Assembly: GCA_963976765.1 (NCBI GenBank)
Contig: CAXBME010000003.1
Location: forward strand, 434,001 to 476,852
Direction of reading: 5' to 3'
From: an uncultured Planctomycetaceae bacterium
GTDB lineage: Bacteria > Planctomycetota > Planctomycetia > Planctomycetales > Planctomycetaceae
DNA length: 42,852 nt
A program made the position numbers and the translations under genes. How positions within the stretch are numbered: the stretch's first letter is position 1; each line of letters begins with the position of its first letter. Positions 40,601-42,852 of the stretch are shown here, one piece after another. Under the pieces are notes generated by a model, which made no database searches, was not told the origin of the DNA, and worked only from the letters and a program-made list of their open reading frames with translations.

Positions 40601-42851
40601 TTCCAAGAACAATGTCGGCTGCGTTCAATATCAGGGGTGTCGCATTGTTCGTGCGGACGGTGTCACCCGGCGTGGTGATACTCAGCGTGCCCGACGTCGA
40701 AATCACGATGGGACCGAACGCCAGTCGAACTCCGGTGAAAGTGCCATTGGCCGGAGTCACTCCCCCGAGTTCCAGACTGGAAGAGGTATTACTGATACCG
40801 ATCTCGCCGTTGCCTGGCGCGTCGAGTTCCATATTGGAAACGGCTGTCTCGATCGGGTTGCCGGTCGATCCAATTGAGCGAGGCCCGCTGGCAACACTGA
40901 TGGCCAGCGCCGGAGCGGTGACGTTGATGGCGTCGCCGTTGCTGTCGAACACGCTTCCGTTGGTGGCACGTATTGTGACCGTACCGCCGGCGTTGACCAT
41001 CCCCAGCCCGACTCCGCCATCACCGACGATTTCAACCGTCGTGCCAGCCATGATGGATGCGCCGCCGAAGTCGAAGACACCGGTTCCATCAACAATGAAC
41101 ATGCCGGCCAACACGGACGTGTCAGCCTGAACCAGCGAGCCGGCTTCAAAGTTGACCGTGTCTCCACCTCGAATTTCGACGGAACCTCCGCTGGAGATAA
41201 CGCTGTGTCCGGCGCTGAGTCGCAGATTCTGATTACCCGTATTCGTCGATGTGGCCTGCACGACGATGTTGCCACTGGCGGAAATGTTTTCGTCGATCGT
41301 CAGCGCGGCGAACGCGTTGACCACAGTCAGGGCACCGCCGAGATTCAACAGGCCGGTCACGCCATCGACGACACCAATCGTCAGAGGAGTGCCACTCGTC
41401 GTGTCACCGAAGTTCACGATACCACTCGTCGTGTTGACCGCAGCGAGATTAGTCACGATCAGTCTCAGGTCGATCCCTGAAACGGCGCTGACCGCCAGAT
41501 CCGGCACCGCGAGATCACCGCCCGTACGGGCAACGTTCGCGCCGGTTGTCAAGTGCAGCGTCGTGACTCCGGCGGGCGACACGTCATCCACCGAGATTGT
41601 CCCCGCCATCGCGTTGCCGATCAGCAGGCTGGCGGCAGAGATCCGGTCGAGTTCCACATCGGTCAGGCTGAGCTGCCCGGCTGTTTCCGCTCCGAGTCGA
41701 ATCCCGCGCGAGGCCGTCTGAGGAGCCACCGTCACCGCGCCCGCCGAAGTCAGAGTCGAAGTCGCATTCAGCGCGACATCGTCCGCCGTAATTGTGATGG
41801 TGCCGGCTCCCGACGTCGCCAGCTCCACTCCGGCTGAGGTGTTCACGGCATCCGCGTTGATCATCAGACTCTGGCCACTCGCCAGCGAGACATCGCCGTT
41901 CAGGTTGACGGTGTCGCTACCGTTGCCTCCATTGATCGTGATCGATGCAGAATAACTGGCAGCCAGAGCCTCCACGTCGACGATGTTCGCACCCGTGTCG
42001 CCTGCGTTGATCGTCAGCGTGCCAGTCGGGTTGTTGAATGTGATCGTCTCGCCGCCGACGTCGGAATCGACCGTCGTCTGTCCGCTGCCCGCGTCGCTGA
42101 CGGTGATAGTTTCGGCGGTTGTCGAGTAATTCAGCGTGACGTCGGTCGCGTTGATGTTCGACGTAACCGGTTCCAGGCCGGTGTAGGTGATGGTCTGGTT
42201 GCCGGAGATATCGATCGTGCCGTCGGTTTCGTTGGTGAACCCGAACGCCGCTGTGGCGAACGTCCCCGAGCCGTTCAGAACCAGTGTGTCGCCATTGGGC
42301 GAGTTGTTCTGTCCCTCGCCGTTGAACACGACCTGCTTCGAGAGCCCGTTCGAGCCATCACCCAGGTCAATCGTCAGCGTGTCATCGCCGCCGCCGGCGT
42401 TGATGATGATCTGCGCGCCGCCGATTTGTGTGAGGTCAATCGTCAGCGTGTCCGTGCCGCCGCCGCTGACACCCGTGACTCCACCGTCACCCAGCGTGCC
42501 GCCACCCGCCAGTTGGACCGTCAAGGTCGTTGCACCGGTTTGTGTAACAGTCAGCCCGTCGTCCGTGTCACCGCCCGTTTCCGTGATGACCAGGTTATTG
42601 GAACCGTCCAGCGAGGCACTCAAAGCATCGGTCACCGGCGGTGCGAGGCTCAGGATGTAGATCGCGCCTTCACTGGCATCCGCGTTTTCGTCGCGATACG
42701 CCCCAACGGCGATGTCGGCCACGCCGTCGCCGTCCAGGTCGCCCAGAAATGCCACCCCACTGCCGAAACGGTCATTCCCGTCCAGCGAGTTGGCGGCCAG
42801 GCCGCCCAGGCCGTCGCTGATCTTCACCTGGCTCTTCACCGTGCCGTCCGA
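31665..42851 (-). CDS. Giant modular surface protein/adhesin (>=3,724 aa, 5'-partial): FG-GAP, beta-helix-like, Ig-like repeats, Calx-beta, cadherin, two malectin domains
   Basis: Frame is open to the window edge (SDGTVKSQVKISD). FG-GAP FGSGVAFLGDLDGDGVADIAVGA; T/S/G/A/D-rich beta region ending YDQLQVTGTVSL...IIDNDGTDPVTGTFNGL.EG; Big-like D..GN repeats; cadherin APVFTS...VPEN...ATDAD...PDFENP.D; Calx-beta-like FTVTLS...D...EPDETF; malectin RIN.GG...LYFAEI...RVFDV.I.G. Confidence 0.92.
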   Translation of the reverse strand, partial: SDGTVKSQVKISDGLGGLAANSLDGNDRFGSGVAFLGDLDGDGVADIAVGAYRDENADASEGAIYILSLAPPVTDALSASLDGSNNLVITETGGDTDDGLTVTQTGATTLTVQLAGGGTLGDGGVTGVSGGGTDTLTIDLTQIGGAQIIINAGGGDDTLTIDLGDGSNGLSKQVVFNGEGQNNSPNGDTLVLNGSGTFATAAFGFTNETDGTIDISGNQTITYTGLEPVTSNINATDVTLNYSTTAETITVSDAGSGQTTVDSDVGGETITFNNPTGTLTINAGDTGANIVDVEALAASYSASITINGGNGSDTVNLNGDVSLASGQSLMINADAVNTSAGVELATSGAGTITITADDVALNATSTLTSAGAVTVAPQTASRGIRLGAETAGQLSLTDVELDRISAASLLIGNAMAGTISVDDVSPAGVTTLHLTTGANVARTGGDLAVPDLAVSAVSGIDLRLIVTNLAAVNTTSGIVNFGDTTSGTPLTIGVVDGVTGLLNLGGALTVVNAFAALTIDENISASGNIVVQATSTNTGNQNLRLSAGHSVISSGGSVEIRGGDTVNFEAGSLVQADTSVLAGMFIVDGTGVFDFGGASIMAGTTVEIVGDGGVGLGMVNAGGTVTIRATNGSVFDSNGDAINVTAPALAISVASGPRSIGSTGNPIETAVSNMELDAPGNGEIGISNTSSSLELGGVTPANGTFTGVRLAFGPIVISTSGTLSITTPGDTVRTNNATPLILNAADIVLGTSVSASSVTLNAATGSITTTVAGATSNVISAGAVNLSANTGIGTAANPMPMSVSSLRTDTSGGDADQFLAVDGSANVNSGDLNAGNGTITLDSGRFVTGAGNNILSDVIVTSGATLGGSGEVIAGTTLIVQSGAVIEPGGTGSTARLRTANIALQNGASFLVDLNGTVAGSSYDQLQVTGTVSLGDATLGITTGFSPSDSDSFTIIDNDGTDPVTGTFNGLAEGAVVMSGGNTFRLSYLGGTGNDVVLTADTLSPQLNSFTRQAPTDETTNADSLVFRVTFSEPVVNVDTADFVVNGTTTAMVSGVITADTGAGLLWDVTVSGGDLAGFNGTLGLDLDGTQNITDQVGNALPSIEPATDETYTLDNTAPTPSINGPGSPTGDDPFNVTIDFGETVIGFVSGDITVGNGSVTNLVDNGSGNFTATIDATSDGAVTIDVAGSVATDAAGNSNTAATQVSVTVDTTAATPMIASTETSPSNAVTIPITVTFGESVTGFDQSDLNVSGGAVTNFSGDAASYSFDITPGSDGTITVDIAAAAALDSGGNATLIATQFSIDSDQTAPTVDIAHVTPDPRTTTVESVTIVFSEAVSGFGIEDLSLTRDGGAELLTGSQALTTSDNVTFTLGNLGELTSSAGSYLLTLTASGSAIVDAAGNVLAGDATAAWSRVLPTVTLSIDEASIAEGGGATTGRATLTATLSQTTDIDVTVQLGFTGSATLTDDFTVDSQSIVINAGSSSASIDLTAVSDGLLEANENAFVDIIGVTNGLEDGTQQVSTTIVDDDVAPVFTSTATPEVPENQTFVLTVVATDADVPAQTVTYSISGGVDAGEFSISSGGDLSFDAAPDFENPTDDGMNNFYEVQVTADDGNGGVTTQDITVRVTDVDEIAPTVSITAVTPDPINSAVNSIEIVFSEAVTGFDLADLTLARDGGGNLLTGSQTLSSGDGGVTFTLGNLSGLTGNDGDYVLTLTDAASGIQDAAGNALAAGATEEWLADVTAPTVDISDVDPDPRNSPVGAIEIVFDEAVSGFDLADLSLTRDTGSGPGSNLLTGSQTLSSSDGGLTFTLGNLTAITGPQGTYTLRLTASAAGIQDSASNSLAGDATEVWTTNTTAVTATITEVTPDPRNTAVGSIEMVFSTAVSGFDVGDLVLTRDTGSGPGGNLLTGSESLSTSDNTTYSLSDVSGLTGAEGTYTITLTASGSGIQDSATNMLAGDASDSFTVDTIAPTATITEVTPDPRNSAVASVTIVFSEAVSGIDIGDFLLTRDTGSGPGANLLTGGESIATSDNITYTLSGLAGLTGADGDYEVTLNASGSGIVDTATNPLSDGASDSFTVDMTAPTATIMEVTPDPRNSAGSSVTIVFDEEVSGVDIGDLTLTRDTGSGPGTNLLTGGESITTSDNITYTLSGLAGLTGADGDYEVTLNANGSGITDAATNALAGNASDTFTVDTTVPTVTITEVTPDPRNSAISSIEIVFSEVIGGFDIGDLSLTRDGGGNLLTSESLTTSDNITFTLGGLTSLTDTAGDYILTLTAAASGISDTASNGLGGDATESWTVDTTAPTVTITDVAPDPRNSAVSSVEIVFSTMVTGFDIDDLTLTRDTGSGPGSNLLTGTETLTRGDSTMFTLGDLGPLTNEQGVYTLTLTAAGSNIHDGAANTLLTDDSETWTLDSTAPGAVISLVTPNPRSTSVTSLTIEFNEAVTGFDIHDLTLTRDTGSGPGANLLTGGESLTTSDNITFTLSGLSGLTGTEGDYRLTLTASGSGIVDVASNTLGADAVRDWTVDTTGPTLSITPDASLTNAATTTFTFQFNEAVTGFDASDVGLTNGSAGAFTSVDADTYTLVVLPVADGVVSVSVANAAAVDAALNNSGSATASVTSDRTAPTPAITSTESSPTANTSFEVTIDFGESVTGFDAGDISVGNGSVLGAVIDNGGGSFTVTINAAADGEVIVDVAGSVVTDAAGNANTAATQFSIDVQMASPVTVRIDGPVDAVVEGADAVFTVTLSEASDVDVSVALALMDGTATLAGNGTTGDFGAVSIPGALVAITFEPGEISKTVTVSTNQDGVIEPDETFSLSIAGVAGAEVEDGGKVATATIDGVDLTIAPIDDQTIAVDAGPVDLTVASVTSNATPATLTIEAFDSGTSTPVAVPDFVMFNDHGDGTGTFTFNASESDLGMVDLTVTATDSNGSTTETFTLNVVAADVIETTEAIRINSAGGTVAAPGGAFVSDRFFNTGSTFSTSAAIDVSDPSLPMGTPAAIFCTTRWDGAGGSELRYSVPVDPGEYLVRLYFAEIYGPAARVGGRVFDVSIEGGLVLDDFDVFVAAGAGNKAIAREFIVTSDGSLDIDFGHVVENPDVMAIEIVGTRAAVNTGPQIDSVSDQSVIAGNSTTINVSASDADGDAITLSASGLPDFASFTDNGNGTGSFMVAPDAADVGEYLVTMQSSSGSQPLTDGTSFRLSVTAPVSDGDSQLRGGIGPAITSGTPSSTAPTVSISGPTGLVNEGDDAVFTVTLSSPFNEQIGVGIELVDGDATLADGDFAPIVVQNSGAGLTAVVPFQPGETSKEVSIRTLLDLLTEPPETFDLAIAGAFSESGPLTVTVASATATIDGVVIPDPVLSLAPVADQTIAADTGPVDLMVAAASSDDIPVMFSVSGLPAFASFIDNGDGTARLVFDPTAADVDSTSTIEITATDSSGSVMETFNLTVVETEFTDQATSIFRINAGGGAVAAPAGAGAENRNFSADSFANTGNLYSTSATIDLSDPSLPENTPAALFRTTRWDGAGGPELNYNIPTGPGEFEVILYFAEIYGPTSRVGGRVFDVAINGETMLENFDVFAAAGAANKAIARRFNVSTNGETLNIAFAHEVENPNIMAIEIINRTMIPDVGPTLSAIPNQSVSENGSLSIPVSAFDENGDAIVLQVLGLPSFATFMDHGNGAGVISVNPSSSDAGDFAISVQATSGDQDLTDLTAFELALNQLLGSGS
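31985..32472 (-). other. Malectin-like carbohydrate-binding domain 2 of the giant protein
   Basis: FRINAGG...ADSF...TTRW...ILYFAEIY...GGRVFDVAING...NFDVF..AG...MAIEI; boundaries approximate. Confidence 0.8.
33527..33990 (-). other. Malectin-like carbohydrate-binding domain 1 of the giant protein
   Basis: IRINSAGG...SDRFF...TTRW...Y.VPV.PGEYLVRLYFAEIY...GGRVFDVSIEG...DFDVF..AG...MAIEI; boundaries approximate. Confidence 0.8.
35268..37958 (-). repeat. Eight tandem ~110-114-aa Ig-like repeats within the giant protein (ninth, isolated copy at 38607-38933)
   Basis: Consensus DTTAPT.TITEVTPDPRNSAV.S..IVF.EAVSGFD..DL.LTRD(TGSGP)G.NLLTG.E.L.TSDN.T.TL..L..LTG..G.Y..TL.ASGSGI.D.A.N.L..DA...W/FTV; 2,691 bp for eight units. 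Confidence 0.9.
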
Positions 42852-42852
42852 G

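Overview
Bacterial genomic window, almost certainly from a planctomycete (Planctomycetaceae-like), judged from the DUF1553/DUF1501 and DUF1592/DUF1552 gene pairs, a planctomycete-type ECF sigma factor and a stand-alone trpC. It has three blocks. (1) 1-20.8 kb is an accessory cluster of mostly exported proteins. Three pairs each couple a CxxCH di-haem protein to a twin-arginine (Tat) partner. They are mixed with an SGNH-like esterase, an alpha/beta hydrolase, a DHDPS-family aldolase, an FGE-fold protein, a sulfatase, a DUF1080 protein and a BNR/sialidase-like protein. (2) 21.3-30.1 kb is housekeeping-like: a D-threonine-aldolase/DSD1-type PLP enzyme, an alaC-like aminotransferase, an ECF sigma / GATase1-like / GT4 trio bracketed by two inverted ~90-bp palindromic repeats, trpC, an MDR reductase, an RluA-family enzyme and tRNA-Ser(CGA). 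(3) 30.1-42.9 kb holds the 3' part (at least 3,724 aa) of a giant modular surface protein (FG-GAP, beta-helix-like, Ig-like repeats, Calx-beta, cadherin, two malectin domains). Downstream of it lie two heavily decayed genes that the ORF track does not call intact, a TIGR03032/DUF4915 pseudogene and a GT2 pseudogene, ending near the tRNA. No CRISPR array, integrase or transposase was seen. All family calls come from recognising motifs by eye, not from database searches.
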